Assembly (NCBI GenBank): GCA_046091605.1
Contig: JBJTCB010000016.1
Location: 2,593-66,592, forward strand
Source: Actinomycetota bacterium
GTDB taxonomy: Bacteria; Actinomycetota; Acidimicrobiia; Acidimicrobiales; Ilumatobacteraceae
Direction of reading: 5' to 3'
DNA length: 64,000 nucleotides
The notes under the pieces were generated by a model. It worked only from the letters and a program-made list of their open reading frames with translations, was not told the DNA's origin and searched no databases. The position numbers were made by a program, and so were the translations under genes. The number at the start of each line of letters is the position of its first letter. The stretch's first letter is position 1. Shown piece after piece: positions 20,672 to 30,227 of the stretch.

Positions 20672-20786
20672 GCCGGGGGCTCCCCGGGTGTCGGGGGTGC
20701 GCGCCGTGGAGGCCCGATCGGGCGGGTGTCCCCGGGGCACTCCACGGTGGGGATCGCCGGGGGCGCAGATAATGTGGGAGACCGTT

Positions 20787-21098
20787 ATGTACGCAGTGAT
20801 CGCTTCCGGCGGCAAGCAGACCAAGGTCGCCCAGGGCGAGACCGTCCAGGTCGAGCTCCTCGGTGTCGAGGACGGTGCCGAGGTCTCGTTGACCCCGGTG
20901 CTCGTGGTCGACGGCTCCACCATCTTGTCCACCCCCGACCAGTTGAAGGGCGCCTCGGTGAAGGGCCGCGTGATCGGCACCGCCAAGGGCGTCAAGGTCG
21001 ACGGCTTCACCTACAAGCGCCGCACCAACCAGCGCCGGCGCTTCGGCCACCGTCAGCAGTACTCGGTCGTCGAGATCGTCTCCATCGCGAAAGGCTGA
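20787..21098 (+). CDS. rplU: 50S ribosomal protein L21
   Basis: Start is the internal ATG at 20787. The product reads MYAVIASGGKQTKVAQGETVQVE...KRRTNQRRRFGHRQ. Confidence 0.96.
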   Translation: MYAVIASGGKQTKVAQGETVQVELLGVEDGAEVSLTPVLVVDGSTILSTPDQLKGASVKGRVIGTAKGVKVDGFTYKRRTNQRRRFGHRQQYSVVEIVSIAKG

Positions 21099-21104
21099 CC
21101 TGAC

Positions 21105-21359
21105 ATGTCAAAGACAAAGGGTGGCGGGTCAACCCGCAACGGGCGCGACTCGAATGCACAGCGCCTCGGCGTGAAGGTGTTCGACGGCACCAAGATCACC
21201 GCCGGCACGATCCTCGTGCGCCAGCGCGGGACGCGCACGCATCCCGGCAAGAACGTCGGCAAGGGCAAGGACGACACATTGTTCGCCCTCGTCGACGGCT
21301 CGGTGAAGTTCGGCGAGCGCAACGGGCGCAAGATCGTCGACGTCCTTCCCGTCGACTGA
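21105..21359 (+). CDS. rpmA: 50S ribosomal protein L27
   Basis: [28 protein letters not shown]...ILVRQRGT. Confidence 0.97.
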   Translation: MSKTKGGGSTRNGRDSNAQRLGVKVFDGTKITAGTILVRQRGTRTHPGKNVGKGKDDTLFALVDGSVKFGERNGRKIVDVLPVD

Positions 21360-21389
21360 CGTCGACGATCGCATTCGCCGCGACCGAAC

Positions 21390-21404
21390 GCCGGCGTGAC
21401 CGGC
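21390..21404. terminator. GC hairpin between convergent rpmA and the dGTPase-like gene (weak terminator candidate, no U-tract)
   Basis: GCCGG-CGTGA-CCGGC: a 5-bp stem and 5-nt loop in a 61-nt convergent spacer. Confidence 0.3.
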
Positions 21405-21420
21405 CGGGCTCGAGCCGTCG

Positions 21421-22521
21421 TCAGTGTCCGGGCGCGACCATCATGTCAATGCCGCGCGGCAACCGGCTCCCCGGGTAGCCGATCAATCTCACGGCCTGCT
21501 CGCAGGCGTACCTGTCGGTCATTCCCCCCACGTAGGTGACCACCTCGCGCACCGCGCGCTCCGTCCCCGCATCGAAGGGATCCTCGGCGTGGGCGGGGAT
21601 CGACTCGGGATGCACCAGGTAGTGGTCGACGAGGGCGCGCAGCATGTCGATCACTGCGGTCGCCTGGGCCCGTGACTCGGGCCGTTGGTAGATCCGCTCG
21701 TAGTTGAATCGCCGGAACTCCGCGAGTGCCTCGGCGGTGTCGGGCACCATGCCGATGCGACCGGTGCGCGCGGTGGCCGCGATCATCCCGTTGATGAAGG
21801 CGCTCAACTGCTCACGACGGGTGGTGCCGCACCGCTCGCGCACGAGGGCGGGGAGTTCCGCCGGCACGACCACGCCCGCATAGACGGCGTCCTCGAAATC
21901 GTGGCACACATAGGCGATCCGGTCGGCCCACGAGACGATCTCGCCCTCGGGTGTGCGCGGCGCGGGACGTGACCACGAGTGGTTGCGGATGCCGTCGAGT
22001 GTCTCGTCGCACAGATTGAGAGGGGACAGGACCGCGTCGGCACCCCAGACCGCGTGGTCGTAGCCCCCGTCGACATACGGCGACAGTGCATCCTCGCTCG
22101 CGTGTCCGCCGGGGCCGTGCCCGCAGTCGTGACCGAGTGCGATCGCCTCGGTGAGTGCGACGTTCAGGCGGAGCACTCGCGCCACCGACACCGCCACCTG
22201 GGCGACCTCGAGCGCGTGCGTGAGCCGCGTGCGTTGGTGGTCGTCGGGGAAGACGAACACCTGGGTCTTGCCCGCGAGACGCCGGAACGCCGATGCGTGA
22301 AGGATGCGGTCCCGGTCGCGCTCGAAGCAGGTGCGGAACGGGTCGGCCTCCTCGGTGATGGCGCGGATGCCGGCTCCGGTCGCACGCGTGGCGAGAGGAG
22401 CCAACTCGACGACGTGGTGACCCTCGCGATCGTGCCGGTCGGCGAGATCGGTGGTGCCGATACCGGCCCATGAATCGGCGTGCGCCAGGGTGATGCCGTC
22501 ACCTCCGGCGTTGCCGCCCAT
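21421..22521 (-). CDS. dGTP triphosphohydrolase-like HD-domain protein
   Basis: FERDRDRILHASAFRRLAGKTQVF, the HD motif (HALEVAQV...LGHDCGHGPGGH) and MTDRYA. The start is uncertain. I chose ATG 22521 because the full ORF (to 22677) would abut the obg start. Confidence 0.8.
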   Translation of the reverse strand: MGGNAGGDGITLAHADSWAGIGTTDLADRHDREGHHVVELAPLATRATGAGIRAITEEADPFRTCFERDRDRILHASAFRRLAGKTQVFVFPDDHQRTRLTHALEVAQVAVSVARVLRLNVALTEAIALGHDCGHGPGGHASEDALSPYVDGGYDHAVWGADAVLSPLNLCDETLDGIRNHSWSRPAPRTPEGEIVSWADRIAYVCHDFEDAVYAGVVVPAELPALVRERCGTTRREQLSAFINGMIAATARTGRIGMVPDTAEALAEFRRFNYERIYQRPESRAQATAVIDMLRALVDHYLVHPESIPAHAEDPFDAGTERAVREVVTYVGGMTDRYACEQAVRLIGYPGSRLPRGIDMMVAPGH

Positions 22522-22679
22522 CGTCGACACCCAGATGTCGTCGCGCTCCGTGCGTTCGTCGTCCACGCATCCACGATAGGTGGGGGATGTGACGCGATTG
22601 GTGCGATCCGCGCCACCGGTGCCGGTTCGCGATCCACCGGGCCGGTCACGGCGCGCCGGTAGCCTTCGAGAGGTCATCT

Positions 22680-23930
22680 ATGAGCGCATTCGTCGACGAA
22701 GCACAGCTCAACGTGCGCGGCGGCGACGGTGGGGCCGGGTGCGTCAGTTTCCGCCGCGAGGGGCCCGTGGCATACGGCGGGCCGAACGGTGGCGACGGCG
22801 GCAAGGGTGGCGACGTGTGGATCGTGGCGGACCGCAACGTCGCCTCGCTCCTGGCGTTCCGGGACCACCCGCACCGGCGCGCAGCCGATGGCGTCCACGG
22901 CAAGGGCAAGGATCTCCACGGACGTCGTGGCGAGGATCTCATCGTCTCGGTCCCCGAGGGGACGGTCGCGCGCGACATGTACACCGGCGAGGTGCTGGCC
23001 GACCTCGTGAACCACGGCGACAAGTGGCTCGCCGCCGAGGGCGGCCGCGGCGGCCGTGGCAACGCCAAGTTCCTGAACAACCGCCGGCGCGCGCCCTCGT
23101 TCGCCGAGCAGGGCGAGGTGGGGCGCGAGCGGTGGCTGAAGCTCGAGTTGAAGCTGATGGCGGACGTCGCGCTCGTGGGCTTCCCGAACGTGGGCAAGAG
23201 CACCTTCATCAGCGCGGTCTCGGCCGCCAAACCCAAGATCGCGAACTATCCGTTCACCACGCTCGAGCCGCACCTCGGAGTGGTGCGCATCGACGACGCG
23301 ACCGAGTTCGTGATGGCCGACATTCCCGGCCTCATCGAGGGTGCGAGCGAGGGTCGCGGACTGGGTCACCAGTTCCTGCGCCACGTCGAGCGCGCCCGGG
23401 TGCTGTGCTTCCTCGTCGATCTCGCGGCACTCGACGGCGTCGAGCCCGACGACCAGCTCGCCACCCTGCGGCGCGAACTCGGCAACTACCGCCCCGAGCT
23501 CCTCGAGCGTCCCGCGCTCGTCGTGGGCACCAAGACCGACAGTGCGACCGCCGAGGCGGTGGCCGCATGGCCGCACATGTCGATGAGCGCGGTGACGATG
23601 CACAACGTGCGCACGGTGACCGGCGCGCTCGCCAGGCTCGTGGCCCAGGCCCGCGACACAGAGCCGGTGGAGGAGGCGACGGTGATCGTGCGTCCAGAGC
23701 CCGAGCACGCATGGGTCGAACAGATCGGGGAGGGGGAGTACCGCGTCCATGGCCGTGCCGCGGAGCGCGCGGTGGCGCTGAACGACGTGAGCTCTCCCGA
23801 GTCGCTCTCCTACATCGACGAGCGGCTCGGCAAGCTGGGCGTGCCCCGCATGCTCGCCCGGGCCGGTGCCACGGAGGGCGATGTGGTGTGGATCGCCGAA
23901 TTCTCTTTCGAGTACGCACCGGACCTGTGA
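22680..23930 (+). CDS. obg: GTPase Obg/CgtA
   Basis: Gly-rich Obg fold (GGDGGAGCVSFRRE, GGNGGDGGKGG), G1 GFPNVGKST and G3 DIPGLIEGA. Confidence 0.96.
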   Translation: MSAFVDEAQLNVRGGDGGAGCVSFRREGPVAYGGPNGGDGGKGGDVWIVADRNVASLLAFRDHPHRRAADGVHGKGKDLHGRRGEDLIVSVPEGTVARDMYTGEVLADLVNHGDKWLAAEGGRGGRGNAKFLNNRRRAPSFAEQGEVGRERWLKLELKLMADVALVGFPNVGKSTFISAVSAAKPKIANYPFTTLEPHLGVVRIDDATEFVMADIPGLIEGASEGRGLGHQFLRHVERARVLCFLVDLAALDGVEPDDQLATLRRELGNYRPELLERPALVVGTKTDSATAEAVAAWPHMSMSAVTMHNVRTVTGALARLVAQARDTEPVEEATVIVRPEPEHAWVEQIGEGEYRVHGRAAERAVALNDVSSPESLSYIDERLGKLGVPRMLARAGATEGDVVWIAEFSFEYAPDL

Positions 23931-23967
23931 TGCTCTCGGGCATGGGGAAGTGTCGGAGCGCGCAGCG

Positions 23968-25053
23968 ATGAGGGTCGTGGTCAAGATCGGCACGTCCTCG
24001 CTCACCGACGAGGCCGGGGTCCTCCAACCCGCTGTCATCGGCTCGGTGGCCGACCAGATCGCCGCTGCGAGGGCCGCTGGTCACGAGGTGCTGCTGGTCA
24101 CCTCGGGTGCGGTCGCCTCCGGGGTGGCGAGTCTCGGTCTCGCATCGCGTCCCGCCGATGTGCTCTCGTTGCAGGCGCTCTCGGCGGTGGGGCAGCCGCG
24201 CCTGATGGCGGCCTACGACGCGGCGTTCTCGCGCCACGGTGTGGTCGCGGCCCAGGTGCTGCTCGTGCCGCACGACTTCGTGGACCGTCGCCAGTACCTG
24301 CACGCGCGCGACACGTTGCTGCGTCTGCTCGAGTTGGGGTGCGTCCCGATCATCAACGAGAACGATGCGATCGCCAACAACGAGATCCGCTACGGCGACA
24401 ACGACCATCTCTCGGCGCTCCTGGCCCATCTGGTGCAGGCCGACATGTTGGTGCTGCTCACCGACACCGACGGTCTGCACACCGCCGACCCCCGCACGAA
24501 TCCCGACGCGCGCCGCATCGAGAGGGTGGCCGCCGATGATCCGCTGCTCTCGGTGTCGACAACCGGCGTGGGAACCGATCGCGGAAGCGGCGGGATGTCG
24601 TCCAAGTTGGCATCGGCGCGCATCGCGTCGTGGTCGGGAGTGGTCGCGGTGATCGCTGCCGCATCGCGGGAGGGTGCGGTGATGGGCGCGATCGCCGGCG
24701 ACAGTGTCGGCACGCGCCTCGAGCCCCACGATCGTCACCTGCCCGCGCGCAAGCTCTGGATCGCCTTCGCGGCCGACGTCGAGGGGACGATCTCTGTCGA
24801 TGCCGGCGCGCGCGATGCGCTCACCGGGCGGGGAACCTCCCTGCTGCCGGCCGGCGTCGTCGGGTGCGAGGGCACCTTCGCCGCGGGAGCAGTGATCGAG
24901 ATCCTCGGACCCGATGGTGTCCTCGTGGCGCGCGGAATGACGGCGATGGACGCAGACGCGGTGAGATCGAGCATGGGACGACGCACCGGCGATCTCCCGG
25001 GCACCGGTGAAGTGGTGCACCGCGACGACCTCGTGGTGCTCGCCGGAGCCTGA
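23968..25053 (+). CDS. proB: Glutamate 5-kinase (with PUA domain)
   Basis: Start is the internal ATG at 23968. The product reads MRVVVKIGTSSLT...IINENDA...GGMSSKL, with a C-terminal PUA-like segment. Confidence 0.95.
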   Translation: MRVVVKIGTSSLTDEAGVLQPAVIGSVADQIAAARAAGHEVLLVTSGAVASGVASLGLASRPADVLSLQALSAVGQPRLMAAYDAAFSRHGVVAAQVLLVPHDFVDRRQYLHARDTLLRLLELGCVPIINENDAIANNEIRYGDNDHLSALLAHLVQADMLVLLTDTDGLHTADPRTNPDARRIERVAADDPLLSVSTTGVGTDRGSGGMSSKLASARIASWSGVVAVIAAASREGAVMGAIAGDSVGTRLEPHDRHLPARKLWIAFAADVEGTISVDAGARDALTGRGTSLLPAGVVGCEGTFAAGAVIEILGPDGVLVARGMTAMDADAVRSSMGRRTGDLPGTGEVVHRDDLVVLAGA

Positions 25054-25059
25054 GGAGCC

Positions 25060-25074
25060 CCCGCGCCGGGCGGG
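25060..25074. terminator. GC hairpin in the 22-nt spacer between convergent proB and murJ (weak bidirectional terminator candidate)
   Basis: CCCGC-GCCGG-GCGGG: a 5-bp stem with no flanking U/A tract. Confidence 0.3.
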
Positions 25075-25075
25075 T

Positions 25076-26668
25076 TCAGTCGAGGGGGCGGCCGACGTCG
25101 GTTCCGCGACGCGGCAGCAGCGAGCGGAGGTCGGACATCTCCGGAACCCGCAGGATCAGCAACAACACCGTGTAGGTCACGACTCCACCGCCGACGGTGA
25201 GGAACAACTCGGCCAGGCGCGACAGACCCGATTGAGGCTCGAGCAACGTCTCGACGCGCCACAGCCCGACACCCATCACCGCGCTCGCGGCTACCACGCG
25301 CCACAGCAGCGACACCATCGTGAGCCAGCGCACCGCGCGGTACTGCCGGTGCAGCAGCACCAGCACCACGGCGGAGGCGATCATGTACGACAGGCCGAAG
25401 GCGAGGCCGAGACCGAGCACGCCATGGCGCTCCACGAGCACGAGGGCGAGCACGATGTTCACCGCGTTCTGGAACAGGTTCACCATGAACGGGGTGCGCG
25501 TGTCCTCGTGGGCGTAGAAGCCGCGCAGGCAGAAGATGTAGAGCGAGAACCCGAGGAGACCGACCGAGAACCCCATCAGTGCCCGGGCGGTGTTCTCCGA
25601 GGCGACCGAGGTGAAGTTGCCGTACTCGAGGAGCGAGGTGATGATCGGCCGCGCGAGGACCCAGATCCCCACCGAGGAGGGAATCGTCAGCAGCGCGATC
25701 CACCGGATGCCCGATGTGGTCCAATTGGCGAACCCCTCCCTGTCGCCGGCGCGCACCCTGCGCACCAGTTCGGGGACGAAGGTCGTCGCGATCGAGATCG
25801 CGAGCAGACCGTGGGGGAGCATGAAGAAGATGAATGCCTTCGAATAGGCGTCCTGGTTGCCGCTTCCGGGTTCGGCGAGGTTCTTGATGACCACGAGCGC
25901 CACCTGGTTCGTCACCACGTAGCCGAATGTCCACGACGACAACCGCACCATCTGGCGCACCGCGGGGTGGCCGAAGTTCGGTTTGAAGCTGAAGGTGAAC
26001 GGGATTCCCGCCCGGCGCAACGCGGGGACGAGCACGAGACCCATCGCCATCACGCCTCCGGTCGCCGACAAGGTGAGCAACCAGAAGAACGACGAACCGT
26101 ACGAGATGTCGGCCAGATCGGGGGTGCCGTCGCGGGTGAATGGGATGATGAGCAGGAGCGTGATCGTGATCACGTTCGAGAGCACCGGCGACCACGCCGC
26201 GGCGAAGAAGTGCCGACGCGCGTTCAGCAGCGCGGATCCGATCGCCGACAGGCCGTAGAAGAAGATCTGGATCAGGCAGATCCGGGCCATCATCGTGCCC
26301 GCGGCGCGGAACTCGTCGGCATCGACCAGCACGCTCGGCTGCAGCGAGTACAGGCGGAACACGAGCGGGGCGAGCGCGATCGCGAGCACGGTGGACACCA
26401 CCAGGATGAAGAGCGAACTCGAGACGACCGTCTGGGCCGACTCGGCGTCGTCGTCCTCGGCGAAGCGCGTGAACATCGGCACGAGGCTGGCTGCCAGCAG
26501 GCCGCCCACGAGCAGCTCGTAGATCGAGTTCGGGCTGTTGTTGGCACCGTCGAAGGCATCGGCGAGGGCGGTCTGGCCGATGATGATGCCGAACACCATC
26601 ACCCTCAGCAGTCCGGTGAGTCGGGACATCGCGGTGCCGATCGCCACGACGATCGTGTCCCTGAACAT
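25076..26668 (-). CDS. murJ: Lipid II flippase MurJ/MviN
   Basis: 530-aa polytopic protein. The N-terminus is typical of MurJ: AMSRLTGLLRVMVFGIIIGQTALADAFDGANNSPNSIYELLVGG. Confidence 0.9.
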   Translation of the reverse strand: MFRDTIVVAIGTAMSRLTGLLRVMVFGIIIGQTALADAFDGANNSPNSIYELLVGGLLAASLVPMFTRFAEDDDAESAQTVVSSSLFILVVSTVLAIALAPLVFRLYSLQPSVLVDADEFRAAGTMMARICLIQIFFYGLSAIGSALLNARRHFFAAAWSPVLSNVITITLLLIIPFTRDGTPDLADISYGSSFFWLLTLSATGGVMAMGLVLVPALRRAGIPFTFSFKPNFGHPAVRQMVRLSSWTFGYVVTNQVALVVIKNLAEPGSGNQDAYSKAFIFFMLPHGLLAISIATTFVPELVRRVRAGDREGFANWTTSGIRWIALLTIPSSVGIWVLARPIITSLLEYGNFTSVASENTARALMGFSVGLLGFSLYIFCLRGFYAHEDTRTPFMVNLFQNAVNIVLALVLVERHGVLGLGLAFGLSYMIASAVVLVLLHRQYRAVRWLTMVSLLWRVVAASAVMGVGLWRVETLLEPQSGLSRLAELFLTVGGGVVTYTVLLLILRVPEMSDLRSLLPRRGTDVGRPLD

Positions 26669-26761
26669 GGAACAACACTAGGAGCCGACGACCCGTGCGG
26701 AACGGGAGCAATCGCGCTCCACTGCGTCGGCGGGGTGGCCGGGGAGTAGCGTGAGAGCCTT

Positions 26762-27625
26762 ATGGCGCATCGCTTCGATTCCGTGCAGCAGGTCCGGGAG
26801 GGCCTGAAGAATGTCAACTATCTCGCCGACGACGGAATCGCCGGTGTGGTGTTCCTCGCCGACCGACTCGGCAAGCCCGTGTTGGTGGAGGGCCCCGCCG
26901 GAACGGGCAAGACACAGCTCGCCAAGAGCATCGCCGAGATGACCGGTGCGCGCCTCATCCGTCTGCAGTGCTACGAGGGCCTCGACGAGTCGAAGGCGCT
27001 GTACGAGTGGAACTACAAGAAGCAGCTCCTGCGCATCCAGGCGGATCGCAACTCCGACTCCTGGTCCGAGGTGCACGACGACATCTTCGGCGACGAGTTC
27101 CTGCTGACCCGCCCCCTCCTCGAGGCGATCACCGCCGAGGAGCCTGTGGTGCTCCTGATCGACGAGGTGGACCGCGTCGAGGTCGAGACCGAGGCGTTGC
27201 TGCTCGAGATCCTCTCGGAGTACCAGGTCTCGATCCCCGAGCTCGGCACGATCACCGCCAAGCAGGTGCCGCTCGTGTTCCTCACGTCGAACAACACCCG
27301 CGAGCTGTCCGAGGCGCTCAAGCGCCGTTGCCTCTTCCTCCACGTCGACTATCCACAGATGGATCGCGAGAAGGAGATCGTGGTCACCAAGGTCGAGGGG
27401 ATCACCGAGATGCTCGCCGACCAGGTCGCCCGCATCGTGCGCAGCATCCGCCAGCTCGATCTGAAGAAGGCGCCGTCGGTCAGCGAGACCCTGGACTGGG
27501 CGCGCACGCTCGTGCTCCTCGGGCTCGACACGATCGATGCCGAGCAGGCCAAGGAGACTCTCCACATCCTGCTCAAGTACCAGTCCGACATCACCAAGGC
27601 CGCCAAGGAACTGGCCGTCGACTGA
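26762..27625 (+). CDS. MoxR-family AAA+ ATPase (CoxD-like / AAA_5 type)
   Basis: Walker A VEGPAGTGKTQLA, Walker B LLIDEVDR and RLQCYEGLDESKALYEWNY. 287 aa. Confidence 0.9.
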   Translation: MAHRFDSVQQVREGLKNVNYLADDGIAGVVFLADRLGKPVLVEGPAGTGKTQLAKSIAEMTGARLIRLQCYEGLDESKALYEWNYKKQLLRIQADRNSDSWSEVHDDIFGDEFLLTRPLLEAITAEEPVVLLIDEVDRVEVETEALLLEILSEYQVSIPELGTITAKQVPLVFLTSNNTRELSEALKRRCLFLHVDYPQMDREKEIVVTKVEGITEMLADQVARIVRSIRQLDLKKAPSVSETLDWARTLVLLGLDTIDAEQAKETLHILLKYQSDITKAAKELAVD

Positions 27626-27635
27626 CGGGGCTCGC

Positions 27636-29078
27636 GTGCTCGATCTTCTCTCCGGGTTCATCACAGAACTGAGGAACGCGGGCCTGCCCGTGAGCCTCAC
27701 CGAGAACCTGGACGCCATGGAGGCGATCCAGCACATTCCGCTCGAGGATCGCGAGGCGTTCAAGTATGCCCTTGGTGCGACCCTGGTGAAGAACAACGCC
27801 CACTGGCGATCCTTCGAGACCGTGTTCGAGGTGTACTTCAGCCTCCGGGGCCCGGAGTACAAGATCGACGGCACCGAGAGCGACCTCGACGACTTCTTCC
27901 GCGAGATGCAGGAGCAGATGGACCAGATGCGCCAGGGGCCCGGCGAGGGCAGCGGCGGCGCGATGGACCAGCTCACCCCCGAGGAACTCATGAACATCCT
28001 CATGAGCGCGCTCATGAACGGCGACCAGGCGATGATGCGCGCCCTCGCTCGCCAGGCCGTCCAGCGCTTCGCGGGCATGGAGCCGGGCAGGCCCGTGGGT
28101 GGCACCTACTACCTGTACCGGACGCTGCGGAACCTCGACCTGGACGGGATGCTCGACAAGTTGATGGAGCAGAGCCGCCAGCAGGTGGGTGGCGAGCTCA
28201 CCTCGCTCGAGGAGCGGCTCGAGCGCGATGAGTACCAGGACCGCATCGAGAAGTTCAAGCAGGAGGTCGAGGCCGAGATCCGCAGGCGCCTCGTGGCCGA
28301 CCGCGGCGCCGAGGCGATGGCAAAGACGCTCCGCAAGCCGCTGCCCGAGGATGTCGAGTTCATGCACGCGAGCCGCGATGAGATGCAGAACCTGAAGAAG
28401 GCCCTCCAGCCCCTCACGCGCAAGCTGGCCGCGCGCCTGGCGCGGAAGCGCCGCCACGGTCGCAAGGGCCCGCTCGACTTCCGCAACACCGTGCGCCACA
28501 GCCTCGCCTACGGAGGCGTGCCGGCCGAGCCGAAGTTCAAGTATCCCCGCCCCGCCAAGCCCGAGCTCGTGGTCGTGGCCGACATCTCGGGCAGCGTCGC
28601 TGCCTTCGCGCGGTTCACCCTGATGCTGGTGTACGCGATCTCGAACCAGTTCTCGAAGGTCCGCGCGTTCGTGTTCATCGACGGCATCGACGAGGTGACC
28701 GACTACTTCAAGAAGACCGAGGACATCTCCGAGGCGATCCACCGCATCAACACCGAGGCCGACGTCGTGTGGGTGGACGGCCACAGCGACTACGGGCACG
28801 CCTTCGAGGTGTTCTGGGACAAGTGGGGCAAGGAGATCAATCCGAAATCGACCGTGATCCTCCTGGGTGATGCGCGGAACAACTACCACGCATCTCAATC
28901 GTGGGTCATCAAGGAGATGAACCAGAAGGCACGGCACGTGTACTGGTTGAATCCCGAACCCCGTTCGTACTGGAACACCGGCGACTCGATCGTGGGCGAG
29001 TACGGTACCTTCACCGACGGCGTCTTCGAGTGCCGCAATCTCCGGCAGCTGGAGGCCTTCGTCGAGATGCTGGCCTGA
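27636..29078 (+). CDS. VWA-domain protein (CoxE-like), partner of the MoxR ATPase
   Basis: GTG 27636 lies 10 nt after the moxR stop. The N-terminus LLSGFITELRNAGLPVSLTE is typical of CoxE-like proteins. The C-terminal VWA domain has a MIDAS-like VVVADISGSV. Confidence 0.8.
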   Translation: MLDLLSGFITELRNAGLPVSLTENLDAMEAIQHIPLEDREAFKYALGATLVKNNAHWRSFETVFEVYFSLRGPEYKIDGTESDLDDFFREMQEQMDQMRQGPGEGSGGAMDQLTPEELMNILMSALMNGDQAMMRALARQAVQRFAGMEPGRPVGGTYYLYRTLRNLDLDGMLDKLMEQSRQQVGGELTSLEERLERDEYQDRIEKFKQEVEAEIRRRLVADRGAEAMAKTLRKPLPEDVEFMHASRDEMQNLKKALQPLTRKLAARLARKRRHGRKGPLDFRNTVRHSLAYGGVPAEPKFKYPRPAKPELVVVADISGSVAAFARFTLMLVYAISNQFSKVRAFVFIDGIDEVTDYFKKTEDISEAIHRINTEADVVWVDGHSDYGHAFEVFWDKWGKEINPKSTVILLGDARNNYHASQSWVIKEMNQKARHVYWLNPEPRSYWNTGDSIVGEYGTFTDGVFECRNLRQLEAFVEMLA

Positions 29079-29084
29079 GTCGTC

Positions 29085-30227
29085 GTGGCCGGGCACGCAC
29101 CGAGCACCCGACCTCCGCTGGTGATCGTAGGTGGGGGAACCGCCGGGTCGACGGTGGTCGCCCACCTCGCCCACGCCACCGATCGCGAGATCATCCTCGT
29201 GGAGCCCGGCGCACCCAGTCGCCTCGACGACGAGCCGCGGTTCTTCGACGTGCTCGCCGCCACCGACACCTGGTCGCTCGAGGGGTACACCCAGCCCCGC
29301 GTGCTGGGTGGTGGAAGTGCCGTCAACGGTCTCGTGCTCTCCGGTGACCCTCCGCCGCATGTGGCCGAACTCACGCGCGACGCCGAGGACGCCGACATGG
29401 GTCCCGCGTCGCGCGCGCTCCTGGCCGCCGGTGGTCGCGCGGTGCGCCTGTGGTGGAACGGGGGACGGTGGAATCCCGGCCGCGCGGCCCTGCACCTCGT
29501 CGAGGAGGGGCGCATCGAGCACCGCCGCACGTCCGCCGAGAGGCTCGAGATCCGCGACGGAGCGGTCGCAGCAGTGGTCACCGCGGCCGGTGAGATCGAA
29601 TGCTCGGAGGTCGTGGTGTGTGCCGGTGCGATCCTGTCGCCCGCGCTGCTCCTGCGCTCAGGTCTCGACCGGGTGGTCCCGCACATCGGCGAGGGATTGC
29701 AGAACCATCCGACTCTCGCGCTCGTGTTTCATGCACTCGCCGGCGAGGGTCGTTTCGATGCGACCGTCGTGCACGAGGCGCGGACAACGAACGGCCGCGC
29801 GGTGCTGACCACCGTGTACGAGCGTGCCTCGGCCCACGATGACGACATCGGTCTGATGATGTCGTCGTTGATGGAGGTCGAGTCCCGCGGGCGCGTGATG
29901 CTCGACGACGGACGCATCACGTTCGACTTCGGGGATCTCTCCACCCCGGGGGACCGCATCGCCCACACCGAGATGGGTGCGATGCTGGACCTGCTCGCCG
30001 ACGAGTGCGGCATCATCGCCCACGGTCTGCCCGCGCCCGCACTGGTGTCGCACGCGACATCGTCGTGCGCCTCGTCGGTCGACGGTGCGGGTCGGTTGCT
30101 CGGCGTGGGGGGAGTCCGGGTCGCCGATGCGTCCGTGCTGGCCGGTGTCCCGTCGGTGACCCCCGCCGCGCCTGTCACAATGGAGGCGTTGCGCATCGCA
30201 ACCGCGATGGGGGAGGAACTCAGATGA
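29085..30227 (+). CDS. Short GMC-like FAD-dependent oxidoreductase
   Basis: GxGxxG IVGGGTAGS, LGGGSAVNG, and the C-terminal GMC motif context HATSSCA...RVADASV. At 380 aa it is about 120-170 aa shorter than typical GMC enzymes. Confidence 0.65.
   Translation: MAGHAPSTRPPLVIVGGGTAGSTVVAHLAHATDREIILVEPGAPSRLDDEPRFFDVLAATDTWSLEGYTQPRVLGGGSAVNGLVLSGDPPPHVAELTRDAEDADMGPASRALLAAGGRAVRLWWNGGRWNPGRAALHLVEEGRIEHRRTSAERLEIRDGAVAAVVTAAGEIECSEVVVCAGAILSPALLLRSGLDRVVPHIGEGLQNHPTLALVFHALAGEGRFDATVVHEARTTNGRAVLTTVYERASAHDDDIGLMMSSLMEVESRGRVMLDDGRITFDFGDLSTPGDRIAHTEMGAMLDLLADECGIIAHGLPAPALVSHATSSCASSVDGAGRLLGVGGVRVADASVLAGVPSVTPAAPVTMEALRIATAMGEELR

Noticed and set aside
22522-22677. Longer start for the dGTPase-like gene
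   Set aside because: It would place the start 3 nt from the divergent obg start, leaving no promoter space, and the extra residues are Arg/Gly/Thr-rich. The true start remains uncertain.
26762-29078. Interpreting the CoxD/CoxE-like pair as evidence for a CO dehydrogenase locus
   Set aside because: No coxM/S/L or other molybdopterin-enzyme genes are in the operon or its flanks. The family resemblance alone does not justify that function.
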